Of a DNA stretch of 64,000 nt, positions 32,273-42,135 are shown piece after piece. Source of the DNA: Candidatus Eiseniibacteriota bacterium. Lineage in GTDB: Bacteria; Eisenbacteria; RBG-16-71-46. The notes under the pieces were generated by a model. The model was not told the origin of the DNA. It did not search any database and was given only the letters and a program-made list of their open reading frames with translations. How positions within the stretch are numbered: position 1 is the stretch's first letter; the number at the start of each line of letters is the position of its first letter. Location of the stretch: assembly GCA_044223005.1 (NCBI GenBank), contig JBGAML010000011.1, forward strand, positions 99,181 to 163,180. The letters are read 5' to 3'. The position numbers were made by a program, and so were the translations under genes.

Positions 32273-32346
32273 GCTACCGGGCGAGAAACCCCGCGGCCCG
32301 CGCGCTCACGCACGCGGGCCGCGTCACTTCCGAGCCGGCGAATCGC

Positions 32347-33567
32347 CTACGTTCGCGCCGCGCTCCGCGCTTTGACGCCCACCTCCGTCAGGCAGCGCTC
32401 GATGCGCGCCGTCGTGTGCTCGATGTCGGAATCGAGCCCGATCGAGAAGCGGATGAGGCCGTCGCTGATACCCGCCTTCGCGCGCTCCTCGGGCGGCAGC
32501 TCGGACGACGTGCTGTGGCCCGGGGCGCTGAAGAGCGTCTTGAAGTAGCCGAGGCTCACCGCGAGGTAGCCCACCTTCTCGGCCTGCATGCGCGCCATGA
32601 GCGCCTGCGCCACCTCGTACTCGTGCACGTCCAGCGTCATCATCCCGCTCCAGCCGAAGCCCGGGTTCATCAGCGAGCGCATCAGCGCGTGGTGCGGGTG
32701 CTGTTCCAGGCCCGGGTAGTGGACGTCGTAGCCCAGCGACGCCAGGCGCCGCGCCAGGTGCGCCGCGTTCTGGCCGTGCTTCTGCATCCGGATGTGCAGG
32801 CTGTGCAGGTTCTTGAGGATGCTCGCCGCGCGGAAGCTGTCGAGCACCGGGCCCAGCAGCATGCTCGGGCCGGCGTTCACGTCGTTCAGGCGGTCGATGA
32901 ACGCCTTGTTCGACACGACGCAGCCCGCCACGCAGTCGCTGGTGCCGTTGATGTACTTGGTCATGCTGTGCACGACCACGTCGGCGCCGTGGCGCAGCGG
33001 GGAGAGCACCATCGGGCTGAACGTGTTGTCGACGACGAGCGTCGCGCCGTGGTCGTGGGCGATGCGCGCGAGCCCGGGCAGGTCGGCGACCTCGAGCAGC
33101 GGGTTGCTGATCGACTCGGCGTAGATCGCGCGCGTGCGCGGTGTCATCGCGGCGCGCACCGCGGCGAGGTCCGTGAGGTCCACGAAGCGCGTCGTCACGC
33201 CGAAGCGGGGGAGCAGGTTCTTCAGGAGCGCGTACGTGCCGCCGTAGATGTTGCGGCCGCACACGAGCTCGTCGCCCTGCGCCGTCAGCGCCATCAGCGT
33301 CGTGCTGATCGCACCCATGCCGGACGCCATCACCTGCGCGGCCTCGCCGTCCTCCATGCGGGCCAGCGCGTCGGCGAGCGTCTTGTTCGTCGGGTTCCAG
33401 TGCCGCGAGTAGAGGAAGCAGCCCTCGATGTCGTGCTCGAAGGTCTCCTCCATCCGCTTGGGATCGAGGAACGTGTACGTCGAGGAATCGGTGATCGACG
33501 GATTGACGTCGCCGAACTCGCCGAAGACGAGATAGTCCTGGATGCGGGACGCGGGATCGAAGCTCAT
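32347..33567 (-). CDS. PLP-dependent Cys/Met metabolism enzyme (methionine gamma-lyase-like)
   Basis: YSRHWNPT, ASGMGAI, ESISNP, VDNTF, HSMTKYING, AVSLG, LIRFSIGL. Confidence 0.9.
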   Translation of the reverse strand: MSFDPASRIQDYLVFGEFGDVNPSITDSSTYTFLDPKRMEETFEHDIEGCFLYSRHWNPTNKTLADALARMEDGEAAQVMASGMGAISTTLMALTAQGDELVCGRNIYGGTYALLKNLLPRFGVTTRFVDLTDLAAVRAAMTPRTRAIYAESISNPLLEVADLPGLARIAHDHGATLVVDNTFSPMVLSPLRHGADVVVHSMTKYINGTSDCVAGCVVSNKAFIDRLNDVNAGPSMLLGPVLDSFRAASILKNLHSLHIRMQKHGQNAAHLARRLASLGYDVHYPGLEQHPHHALMRSLMNPGFGWSGMMTLDVHEYEVAQALMARMQAEKVGYLAVSLGYFKTLFSAPGHSTSSELPPEERAKAGISDGLIRFSIGLDSDIEHTTARIERCLTEVGVKARSAART

Positions 33568-33706
33568 GGCGCTCTCCGGATGAGGGCCGGTCGGCCCGGA
33601 CGTTCGAATGGACCGAGGAGAACGCTTCGGCGGCGAACCGTCAACGGGTCCGCGCCCCGGAGGGGAACCCGCGCCCCGCGGCGGTCGCCGCCGCGGGAAT
33701 CCGCGA

Positions 33707-35284
33707 TCAGCGCGCGGCGCCCTCGCGCACCCAGCGCTCGACGCGCATCGTGCCCATGCCCGAGGTCCAGTCGCGGGCTTCGACGAGCCGGCGGCCCTCG
33801 GCCGCCACGGCGATCGTCCGGCGGGCCGCTTCGCGGCGTACGTCGGAGTTCGCGCTGCGCACGATCACCCAGACCTCGTCGTAGGGCCGCGAGTGCATGC
33901 GGGCGCTGGCCGCCATCTCGTCGAGCTGCTTGGGCGTGTAGTGCGCGGCGAACGGCTCGTCGGGGTGGCTCACCTCGTAACCGTCGATCGGGCGCGGCAG
34001 CAGGTGGTCGTAGAACGCGAACGGGTCCACGTCGAACGGCACCAGCACGCAGGCGCGCGCCGGGTCCGCCTTGCGGCCCAGGTCGGCGACCACGGCCCGC
34101 CACGGCTCCTTCGTGTAGTCGTGCTGGTAGCGGGCGATGCCGAAGATCGACCACGCCAGCAGCAGCGTCGCGAGCACCACGCGCACCCCGGTCCAGCGGA
34201 TACGCGCGAGGCCGAGCGCGAACAGCGCCGCCACGAACGGCGTGAGGAACACGAAGTAGCGGACGAGCAGCAGCGGGTGCACGAACGACTCCGCCAGCAC
34301 CGCGCCGACCGGCACGATCCACGCGAGCCACGACACGCGGGCCAGCAGGCCGCGGGAATCGCTCCGGCGCAGCTCCGGCAGCGTCAGGAGGAGCGCCACC
34401 ACCGGCGGGATCGCCACGAGCGCCCACGCGAGCGGCGAGGGCATGTAGGCGTCGAGGCCGGGCTGGGTGGAGCCCTTCGGCGTGCCGACGAGCGGCATCG
34501 GCGAGAGCAGTGCGGCGCGGAACACCTTGAAGATGCCGGACGCGTCGGTCTCGGGGATGTACCAGTGCGAGCTCGAGAGGTGCTCGGACATCTTGCGGCT
34601 GAGCCACCACCACGGCAGGTAGAGCACGATGCCGCCGGCGACCGCGGCGATCCAGGGCAGGAAGCGCTTGCGCCCCTGCGGCGTCAGCAGCGCCATCGCG
34701 CCCTGCGCCAGCACGCCCAGGCTCACGATGCTCTGCGTCCACATGCCGGCCGCGATCGCGAGCGAGAGCGCCCACCACGCCGGGCGGCCACGGCTGGCGG
34801 CCGCGCGGGCCCAGATCACGATGCCCGCGACCAGCAGCGCGGCGGCGAGCGTGTACGTGCGGGCCTCCTGCGCGTACATCAGCTGGAAGGGCGAGAGCGC
34901 CGTGAGGAAGGCGGCAAACGTCGCCGCGCCGCGTCCCAGCGCGATGCGCGCGAGCCGGTACGTGAGCCATACCAGCGCGAGCGAGGCCAGCACGGACACG
35001 AGCCGCAGGTGGGCTTCGGACTCGCCGAGCTTGAGCGCCCACGACGTGAGCAGGTAGTACAGCGGCGGGCTCGCGTCGCGCTCGACGCAGCGGCGCAGCA
35101 GCGCCTGCAGCGGCAGCGACGCCGCGGTCCACGTGGAGCCTTCGTCCGTCCACAGCGAGCGCGCGCCGAGGTCGTGGAAGCGCACGAGCGCCCCGACCAC
35201 GAGCGCCGCCACCGGGCCGAAGCGCAGGTGGCGCCCGAGGTGGGCGTCGGAACTCCCGTGCGGCTTCGGCGCGGCGTCGCTCAC
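33707..35284 (-). CDS. GT-C fold membrane glycosyltransferase (GT39/PMT-like)
   Basis: SLWTDE, PPLYY, LRLVS, SPFQLMYAQEARTY; many TM helices; GTG start overlaps the wecB stop. Confidence 0.85.
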   Translation of the reverse strand: MSDAAPKPHGSSDAHLGRHLRFGPVAALVVGALVRFHDLGARSLWTDEGSTWTAASLPLQALLRRCVERDASPPLYYLLTSWALKLGESEAHLRLVSVLASLALVWLTYRLARIALGRGAATFAAFLTALSPFQLMYAQEARTYTLAAALLVAGIVIWARAAASRGRPAWWALSLAIAAGMWTQSIVSLGVLAQGAMALLTPQGRKRFLPWIAAVAGGIVLYLPWWWLSRKMSEHLSSSHWYIPETDASGIFKVFRAALLSPMPLVGTPKGSTQPGLDAYMPSPLAWALVAIPPVVALLLTLPELRRSDSRGLLARVSWLAWIVPVGAVLAESFVHPLLLVRYFVFLTPFVAALFALGLARIRWTGVRVVLATLLLAWSIFGIARYQHDYTKEPWRAVVADLGRKADPARACVLVPFDVDPFAFYDHLLPRPIDGYEVSHPDEPFAAHYTPKQLDEMAASARMHSRPYDEVWVIVRSANSDVRREAARRTIAVAAEGRRLVEARDWTSGMGTMRVERWVREGAAR

Positions 35285-36363
35285 GATGCGGCCAGCAGGA
35301 CGTCGAGGATGTGGTGCGCCGACCGGCCGTCGCCGAACGGGTTCGGCCAGCCGTTGGCGCGCCCGAGCATGGTGCGCGCGCCGTTCACGATCGCTTCGGC
35401 CGACGCGCCGACCAGCACGTTGGCGCCGACCTGCACCGACTCGGGGCGCTCGGTGTTGTCGCGCAGCGTCACGCAGGGGACGCCCAGGCAGCACGCCTCT
35501 TCCTGCAGGCCGCCCGAGTCCGACATCGTGAGCGCGGCCTGCGCGTGCAGGCCGAGGAAGTCGAGGTAGGGCAGCGGCGGCAGCGCGCGCACGCCCGCAC
35601 CCCACCCGAGCCCGAGCTTCTCGAGCCGCTGCGTCGTGCGCGGGTGCACGGCGCACAGCACTTCGAGATTCGTCGCCGCCGCGGCCTCCGAGAGGCCGCG
35701 CACGATGCCGCGCAGGCGCGTCTCGTCGTCGGTGTTCTCGGCGCGGTGCACGGTCGCGAGCGCGTAGCGCTTCGGCTCGACGCCGAAGCGCGCCGGCACG
35801 TTGAGCGCATCGGCGCGCGGGCGGTTGCGCATCAGCTCGTCGACCACCGTATTGCCCGTCACGAAGACGCGTTCCGCGCCCACGCCCTCGCCGGCCAGGA
35901 TCCCGCGCGAGTGCTCGGTCGGCGCGTAGAGGTGGTCGGAGAGGTGGTCGGTCAGGATGCGGTTGATCTCTTCCGGCATGCCGCGGTCGTACGAGCGCAG
36001 GCCCGCCTCGACGTGGCCCACGCGGATGCCCAGCTTCTGCGCCGCGAGCCCGGCCGCGAGCACGGAGTTGGTGTCGCCCTCGACCAGCACCCAGTCCGGC
36101 TTCTCGCGCTCGTAGATCGGGACGATGCCCGTGACGATCGCGCCGACCTGGTAGGCCTGCGTCCCCGAGCCCACCGCGAGATTCGCGTGCGGGACCGGCA
36201 GCCCCAGCTCTTCGAAGAACACGCCGTCCATCTCGTACGAGTAGTGCTGGCCGGTATGCAGCAGGAGATAGGGCACGTTCCGCTCGGCGCAGGCGCGCAC
36301 GAGCGGGGCCATCTTGATGATCTCGGGCCGGGTACCGACGATGATCGCGACCTTCGGCGTCAC
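35281..36363 (-). CDS. wecB: UDP-N-acetylglucosamine 2-epimerase (non-hydrolysing)
   Basis: GTRPEIIK, HTGQHY, GDTNS, HVEAGLRS, MPEEINR, SDSGGLQEEA, NPFGDG. Confidence 0.95.
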   Translation of the reverse strand: MTPKVAIIVGTRPEIIKMAPLVRACAERNVPYLLLHTGQHYSYEMDGVFFEELGLPVPHANLAVGSGTQAYQVGAIVTGIVPIYEREKPDWVLVEGDTNSVLAAGLAAQKLGIRVGHVEAGLRSYDRGMPEEINRILTDHLSDHLYAPTEHSRGILAGEGVGAERVFVTGNTVVDELMRNRPRADALNVPARFGVEPKRYALATVHRAENTDDETRLRGIVRGLSEAAAATNLEVLCAVHPRTTQRLEKLGLGWGAGVRALPPLPYLDFLGLHAQAALTMSDSGGLQEEACCLGVPCVTLRDNTERPESVQVGANVLVGASAEAIVNGARTMLGRANGWPNPFGDGRSAHHILDVLLAAS

Positions 36364-37169
36364 TTCGCGCGCTCCTTGGACGCCGCTTCCAGGGCGGCCA
36401 CCTGCTTCGGGGAGTAGTGGAGCATGCGCTCCCAGCGCCGCTTCACGAGCAGCGAGAGCGTCGAGCGGATGGTCTTCACGACCTTCATCTTGCTCTGGCC
36501 CACGCGCTCGCCGTAGTCGAGCACGAAGCCCATCTCGTCGACCTTCACGTCGAGCGGCCCCAGCCGCAGCAGCAGGTCCATCACCGCCTCGAAGCCGCGG
36601 GCGGTGCAGAGCTGGTCGCCGTAGACCGCGCGCGCGCGGCGGAGCAGGGGGATCCGGTAGGCGCGGAAGCAGCAGGTGTAGTCCTTCACGCCGGGGATCG
36701 GGTAGATCGTCGAGAACAGCACGCTCGCGACGTCCGAGAGCGCGCGCCGGTAGCCGGGCACGCCGTGCACCTCGGCGCCCGCGCGGTAGCGCGAGGCGAT
36801 GCTGAGGTCGGCGCCCGAGCGCACGCGCTTCACGAGGTCGGGAATGAGCTTCGGCGGGTGCGTGTTGTCCGCGTCGAGCGTGACCAGGATGTCGTCGTCG
36901 GCCGCGTGGTCGAGCACCCAGTAGATGCCGGTGCGCAGGCCCGCGCCGAGGCCCTTGTTCACCTCGTGCGAGAGCACCTGCAGCTTGAGCTCGCCACCGC
37001 TCTCGGCGACCGCGGCCTGCGCCTCGGCGACCGTGCGGTCGGTCGAGCCGTCGTCCACGAGCACGGCGGTATAGGGCTCGTTCGAGCCCCGGTACGCCTT
37101 CCAGAGCTCGAGCAGCGTCGGACGGATGACCTTCTCTTCGTTCCAGGCCGGGAAGATGACCCAGATCAC
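36360..37169 (-). CDS. GT2 glycosyltransferase (polyprenol-phosphate glycosyltransferase-like)
   Basis: PAWNEE, VDDGSTDRT, NKGLG, LDADNTH, ASRY, DYTCCFRAY, GQSKM. Confidence 0.9.
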   Translation of the reverse strand: MIWVIFPAWNEEKVIRPTLLELWKAYRGSNEPYTAVLVDDGSTDRTVAEAQAAVAESGGELKLQVLSHEVNKGLGAGLRTGIYWVLDHAADDDILVTLDADNTHPPKLIPDLVKRVRSGADLSIASRYRAGAEVHGVPGYRRALSDVASVLFSTIYPIPGVKDYTCCFRAYRIPLLRRARAVYGDQLCTARGFEAVMDLLLRLGPLDVKVDEMGFVLDYGERVGQSKMKVVKTIRSTLSLLVKRRWERMLHYSPKQVAALEAASKERAK

Positions 37170-38485
37170 GCGCGACCTCCTGCGGCACCGTTGGCCGCCA
37201 CTTCCTCGAACAGGCGGGGCATCATCGCATCGACGAGCTCACAGCACGAGTTCCACGAGTTGACTCGCGGGTACACCTGCGCGGTGCAGGCGAGGTAGAG
37301 ACGCCCCGGGATGACGCTGTGGGGCGGCACCCGCTGCGCGTAGCCCGTGGTCCAGATGGGCTCCACGTACGGTGCGCGGAAGACGCGCGTGTCGGTGACG
37401 TGCGCCGCCGCCTTCGGGAACAGCGCCGCGAGGTCGGCCTTGTAGCGGGCGACCAGCGACGCGTCGTCCAGCTTGAACAGGTCCGTGTCGCGGTGCGTGT
37501 AGTTGACGAGGTAGTTCACGTGCTGGCCGTGCGCGCGCTCGAGCGGCACGAGGTTGCTCATCTCGATCACGCCCTGCGACAGCGCACCCGAGTCCACCCA
37601 CGGCATCCAGTAGTAGTGGGTGAGGGGCACGTCGGTGAAGAAGATCGCGCTGATCACGCCCTGGTAGTCGAGCTTCAGGTCGGCGACCGGCGAGGGCACG
37701 GGCAGCGTGCGCGTGAGCTTCTGGAAATGCGAGAGCGGCGAGGTGCAGACCACGAAGTCGAACGTGCCGCCGTCACCACCTTCGAGCTGGACGTGCATGC
37801 CGGCGGCGTCCTGCGTGATGCCGGCCACGCGCGTGTTCAACCGGATCTCGACGCCGCGCTTGCGCAGCTCCGTCGCGAACGCGTCGATCAGCGAGCGATA
37901 GCCGGCGGTGAGGCAGCCCTTGCGCTCGGGCCCGCTGCTCTTCTCGCGGTTCATGCGGCTCGAGAGCCACAGCGCCGGCAGCGCCGCGTAGTGATCGCCG
38001 ATCTTGGCGGACAGGAGCGGCTTCCACAGCACCTCGAACACGCGATCGCCGACCATGTCGCGAATCCACGTCTCGGCGGTGATGTCGTCGAGGTGGGGCG
38101 AGAGACCGCCGAAGCGCGCGCGCAGGCCCATGAGGCCCATGCGGAAGCGCTCCACGATCGACAGGGGACCGAACGTGAGCAGGTCCTTCGGCGTGTTCAT
38201 GGGCCAGATGCGGCGCTGGTACATGAAACCCATCTGGGTCTCGCGCCAGAGCATCTGCGATTCCAGGCCCAGTTCGCGCACGCGCGCGAGCAGTGCCTCG
38301 TCGTTGCCGAGCAGGCAGTGGTAGAAGCGCTCGAGGTGGACCCCGCGCCACTCGAAGGTGGTGCCGAGCCCGCCGAGATCGCCATCGGCTTCGAAAAGCG
38401 TCACGCGGAAGCCGCGGCCCGAAAGCGCCAGGGCGCTCGCGAGACCGGAGATGCCTCCACCGACGACGGCTGCGTGTTGGGACAT
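37166..38485 (-). CDS. FAD-dependent oxidoreductase (amine oxidase/protoporphyrinogen oxidase superfamily)
   Basis: VVGGGISGL, E...LGGL, LERFYH; start MSQHAAVVGG. Confidence 0.85.
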   Translation of the reverse strand: MSQHAAVVGGGISGLASALALSGRGFRVTLFEADGDLGGLGTTFEWRGVHLERFYHCLLGNDEALLARVRELGLESQMLWRETQMGFMYQRRIWPMNTPKDLLTFGPLSIVERFRMGLMGLRARFGGLSPHLDDITAETWIRDMVGDRVFEVLWKPLLSAKIGDHYAALPALWLSSRMNREKSSGPERKGCLTAGYRSLIDAFATELRKRGVEIRLNTRVAGITQDAAGMHVQLEGGDGGTFDFVVCTSPLSHFQKLTRTLPVPSPVADLKLDYQGVISAIFFTDVPLTHYYWMPWVDSGALSQGVIEMSNLVPLERAHGQHVNYLVNYTHRDTDLFKLDDASLVARYKADLAALFPKAAAHVTDTRVFRAPYVEPIWTTGYAQRVPPHSVIPGRLYLACTAQVYPRVNSWNSCCELVDAMMPRLFEEVAANGAAGGRA

Positions 38486-38566
38486 TGGGCGCACACTTCC
38501 CTGTGGGGTTGGGGGGTGCTCCTCGGGAGCGGAGATGCGAACGCGCAACGCGCTCGCGCACAAGGG

Positions 38567-38593
38567 GTATCGGCCGCGGCTTCGGGCTGCTGA
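38567..38593 (-). promoter_or_regulatory. Sigma28-like promoter candidate for the glycosylation operon
   Basis: On the minus strand: TCAG-N15-GCCGATAC. Confidence 0.4.
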
Positions 38594-39018
38594 ACCGGGC
38601 GTCGAGGGCGTCGGGGGACGACCGGGCAACCTCCCGAGGCTACAACACGGGAACGTGCTCCGGCGAGAGCAATCCCCGGTCCCCGGCCGTTTCGGGACGC
38701 GAATCGGGCGTGGATCGTGCGCGATGCACGGTGGCGGCGCGCCGGGCCGGGTCGCCGGGAGTCCCGGGTTCCGGCGATGCGACCCCAGCGGCCGAGGCCC
38801 GAGCGGCCGATTCCCTATGCTAGACTTTCCGATCGCCGCCGAGAGAAGTGCGCACCCCGCCGAGACCCAGGACGCGGCCGACACCGTCCCCAGTTGCCTC
38901 GACCAGGTGGAAACTCCATGCCCCCCCGTGACCTGACGCACTTCCCCGTGTCCCGTCCCAGCGGCGTCCTGCCGCGTGTGACGAGGCACCCTCACGCCCT
39001 CGCCCCGGAGCACTGCCG

Positions 39019-40587
39019 ATGATCGTGCGCCTGGCACTGCGGATCTCCGTCTGGCTGCTCGCGCTGATGAGCATCGCCTCCTACCTGTGGCTCGGGATCC
39101 ACCGCGTCTCGTATCCGCTCGAGATCGACTGGATCGAAGGCTGCATGACGGATCACATCTCGCGCATCGCGCACGGGCTGCCCATCTACGTCGAGCCGTC
39201 GCTCAAGTTCATCCCGCTCGCCTACATGCCCTTCTTCACCGTCGTGAGTGGCGGCGTGGCGCACGTCTTCGGCGAGGGATTCTGGGCCGGCCGCATGGTG
39301 TCGTTCCTGTCGTCGGTGCTGCTCAGCCTGCTGATCGCCGGCATCGTGCTCGCCGAGACGAAGCGACCGACGCTGGCGATCGCGGCCTCCGGCATCCACA
39401 TGCTGGCGTTCGGGTTCACGGGGGCGTGCTACGACATCGCGCGTCCCGATTCGCTGATGCTGCTGCTCACGTTCTCGGGGCTGGCGATCCTGCGCTGGTC
39501 GAAGGGCCTCACCGGCGCCATGATCGCGGCGGTACTTCTCACGCTCGGGTTCTTCACCAAGCAGCACAGCCTCATCTTCTCGATGACCGCGATGTGCTAC
39601 CTCGCGGTCAGCGACCGCCGGCGACTGGTGCCGTTCGGGCTCGCCATGCTGGTCGGCTGCCTCGGCGGGTACATGGTCCTCAACGCCTGGCTCGGGCGCT
39701 GGTTCCACGTCTTCACCTGGTCGATTCCCCGCGGCTGGTCCACGTTCAGCCGCGCGAGCCTGCAGACGTACATCGGCAAGGGCCTGTTCGGCGCGCTCGC
39801 GGCGATGACGGTGCCGTCGATCCTCTCGCTCGGCCTGGCGTCGCGGCCGTCGCGGGAGGGGACCACGCTCTGGTACTGGGCCGGCCTCGGCGCGATCGGC
39901 ACGGGGCTCCTCGCCACGCTCGACCCGTGGGCGTACAAGCACGTGTTCACGCCCACCGTCGTCGCCTTCGTCGTGCTCGGCCCGATCGCGCTCGAGCGGC
40001 TGTCGCGCCAGCTCGAGGCCGGCTCGGTGGGCTCGAAGGGGTTCGCGACCACGGCGATCTACGCCGTCGCCGCGGTGCAGTTCCTGCCGCTGCTCTATCC
40101 CGTGCATTCGGAGATGCCGCGCCGGCACGCCCACGAGGCGCACCAGAAGCTGCTCGCGCTCATCCGCAGCTACCCCGGTGACGTGATGGTGCCCAATCAC
40201 GGCTGGTACACCGCCGAGGCGGGCAAGTCGAGCGGGCTGCAGATGATCGCGCTCGACGACATCATCCGCTCGCGCGGCAACGAGCTGATCCACGAGGACC
40301 GCCACTTCCTCGACCACATGTTCGCGAAGCTGGCGTCGGGCCCCGGCCGCCCGGTGCTGATCATGGACCGCTACCTGGAGCTGAACGGTTCGCTCTGGGC
40401 GGGCATCGCGCACGGCTACCGGCTCGCCGACAGCCTCGATGCGATCAACGGTCCGCTGACGCCGGTCACCGGAAACCAGATGAAACCGAGCTACGTCTAC
40501 GTGCCGATCGAGGACGCCGCCGCAGGGCCGGATTCCACGTCCGCGCCCGCGACCGTGGCGCAGGACCGGGAGGCCGTGGTCCGTTGA
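39019..40587 (+). CDS. Membrane glycosyltransferase-like protein (GT-C/ArnT-like)
   Basis: YPLEIDWIEG, PLAYMPFF, GRMVS, ARPDSL, FFTKQ; multiple TM helices. Confidence 0.75.
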   Translation: MIVRLALRISVWLLALMSIASYLWLGIHRVSYPLEIDWIEGCMTDHISRIAHGLPIYVEPSLKFIPLAYMPFFTVVSGGVAHVFGEGFWAGRMVSFLSSVLLSLLIAGIVLAETKRPTLAIAASGIHMLAFGFTGACYDIARPDSLMLLLTFSGLAILRWSKGLTGAMIAAVLLTLGFFTKQHSLIFSMTAMCYLAVSDRRRLVPFGLAMLVGCLGGYMVLNAWLGRWFHVFTWSIPRGWSTFSRASLQTYIGKGLFGALAAMTVPSILSLGLASRPSREGTTLWYWAGLGAIGTGLLATLDPWAYKHVFTPTVVAFVVLGPIALERLSRQLEAGSVGSKGFATTAIYAVAAVQFLPLLYPVHSEMPRRHAHEAHQKLLALIRSYPGDVMVPNHGWYTAEAGKSSGLQMIALDDIIRSRGNELIHEDRHFLDHMFAKLASGPGRPVLIMDRYLELNGSLWAGIAHGYRLADSLDAINGPLTPVTGNQMKPSYVYVPIEDAAAGPDSTSAPATVAQDREAVVR

Positions 40588-41465
40588 GCCGCCCGCACGC
40601 GGTCGTGAGCGTGGACGTCGACCCGGTCGACCTCCACCTCGTCGGGTACGGATTCCCGGGCCTGCCGCCCGATCCGCTCGCGTACTCGCAGGCGCTCCCA
40701 CGGCTGCGCGAGATCTTCGCGGCCTGCGGCATCCGCGCGACGCTGTTCATGGTCGGGCGCGACGCCGAGGCGCACGCGGGCGAGATCGCCGCGCTCGCCG
40801 CCGCCGGGCACGAGATCGCGAGCCACACGTGGTCGCACCCGCTGGGGTTCGCGTCGCTGCCCGAGGCGCAGCAGCGCCACGAACTGGCGGACTCGCGCGA
40901 CGTGCTCGCGCGCGCCGCCGGCACGCCGGTCGTGGGGTTCCGCGCCCCCAACTTCGACATGAACGCGCACGCCGCGGCAAATCTCGTCGCGGCCGGCTAC
41001 CGCTACGACGCCTCCGCGTACCCTTCGCCGATGCTGCTGCCCGCGCGCGCGGTGCTGGCGCTCAAGAGCTCGGATCCGATGGGCGTGCTGCGCATGTGGC
41101 CCTGGCCGTTCTCGTGGGCACGCACGCCGTTCGACTGGCGCGTGGCGGGAGGGACGCTGCGCGAGTTCCCCGTCTCCGTGACGCCGGGCCTGCGCATGCC
41201 GGTCTATCACACGCTGCGCTACTTCTCGGACGACCGGCGCTTCGTCTCGCAACTGGACGGCTTCGCGAAGCGCGGTGAGACCTTCTCGTACGTGCTGCAC
41301 GCCGTCGACGTGCTCGGGCTCGCCGAGGACCGCGTCGATCCGCGGCTCGGCAAGCATCCCGGCATGGACCGCGCGCTGGCCGAGAAGCGATCGCTGCTCG
41401 AGCGCAGCCTGAAGGCGATCGCCGAGCGCTTCGAGACGCGGCCCTACGCCGAACTGCTGGGCTGA
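40584..41465 (+). CDS. Polysaccharide deacetylase (NodB-like)
   Basis: SVDVD, ATLFMVG, HEIASHTWSH, GFRAP, YDAS. Confidence 0.9.
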   Translation: MSRPHAVVSVDVDPVDLHLVGYGFPGLPPDPLAYSQALPRLREIFAACGIRATLFMVGRDAEAHAGEIAALAAAGHEIASHTWSHPLGFASLPEAQQRHELADSRDVLARAAGTPVVGFRAPNFDMNAHAAANLVAAGYRYDASAYPSPMLLPARAVLALKSSDPMGVLRMWPWPFSWARTPFDWRVAGGTLREFPVSVTPGLRMPVYHTLRYFSDDRRFVSQLDGFAKRGETFSYVLHAVDVLGLAEDRVDPRLGKHPGMDRALAEKRSLLERSLKAIAERFETRPYAELLG

Positions 41466-41580
41466 GACCACGGCGCCCGGAACGCGGCGCGCCGCGTTCG
41501 CCGTGCGGCGTGCCCCGCGGCCGCCACTCTTGACCACCCGTGGACGCGGGCGTTCGCCGGCTCGGCTAGCGTGCCCGCCC

Positions 41581-42135
41581 ATGCGACCTTCCCTCCGGTT
41601 CATCGCGCTCGCCGCGTGCGCATTCGCACTCGCCGCGGCCGGCTGCGCGCCCGCGTCGCGACCGTCCGCATCGGGCGCCGCCGCGGGCGGCGACGCGATC
41701 GTCGTCCCGGCCTCGACCCGGGAGATCGCCGCGCGCGCGACCGCGCCCGGCGCCCCGGCCACGGTGCTCAACGTGTGGGCGACGTGGTGCCCGCCGTGCC
41801 GCGCCGAGTTCCCCGCGTTGCTCGCGGCGGTGCGCCGGCATCCCGGCGTGCGGCTCGTGCTCGTCTCCGCGGACTTCGACACCGCCACCGCGCAGGTACG
41901 CGCGTTCCTGCGCGGTCACGGCGTCACCGACACCACGTACCTCAAGCGCGAGGGTGACCAGGCGTTCGTGGACGGGCTCGAGCCCGCGTGGAGCGGCACG
42001 CTTCCGGCGACGATCGTCTACGACGCCGCCGGGAGGAAGGTGGCGTTCTGGGAGGGCGCCGCGGATTCGGCGAAGTTCGAAGACAACATCCAGAAAGCGT
42101 TGCACGCATCCCCGACAACGGAGGGCACCCGATGA
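41581..42135 (+). CDS. TlpA-like thiol-disulfide oxidoreductase, lipoprotein
   Basis: Lipobox AAGC; NVWATWCPPCRAEFP; GTLPAT. Confidence 0.88.
   Translation: MRPSLRFIALAACAFALAAAGCAPASRPSASGAAAGGDAIVVPASTREIAARATAPGAPATVLNVWATWCPPCRAEFPALLAAVRRHPGVRLVLVSADFDTATAQVRAFLRGHGVTDTTYLKREGDQAFVDGLEPAWSGTLPATIVYDAAGRKVAFWEGAADSAKFEDNIQKALHASPTTEGTR

Noticed and set aside
31092..39000. Other plus-strand TGTGA occurrences (about 31092, 31216, 38977) as ECF-motif copies
   Set aside because: They lack GTC at the required spacing.
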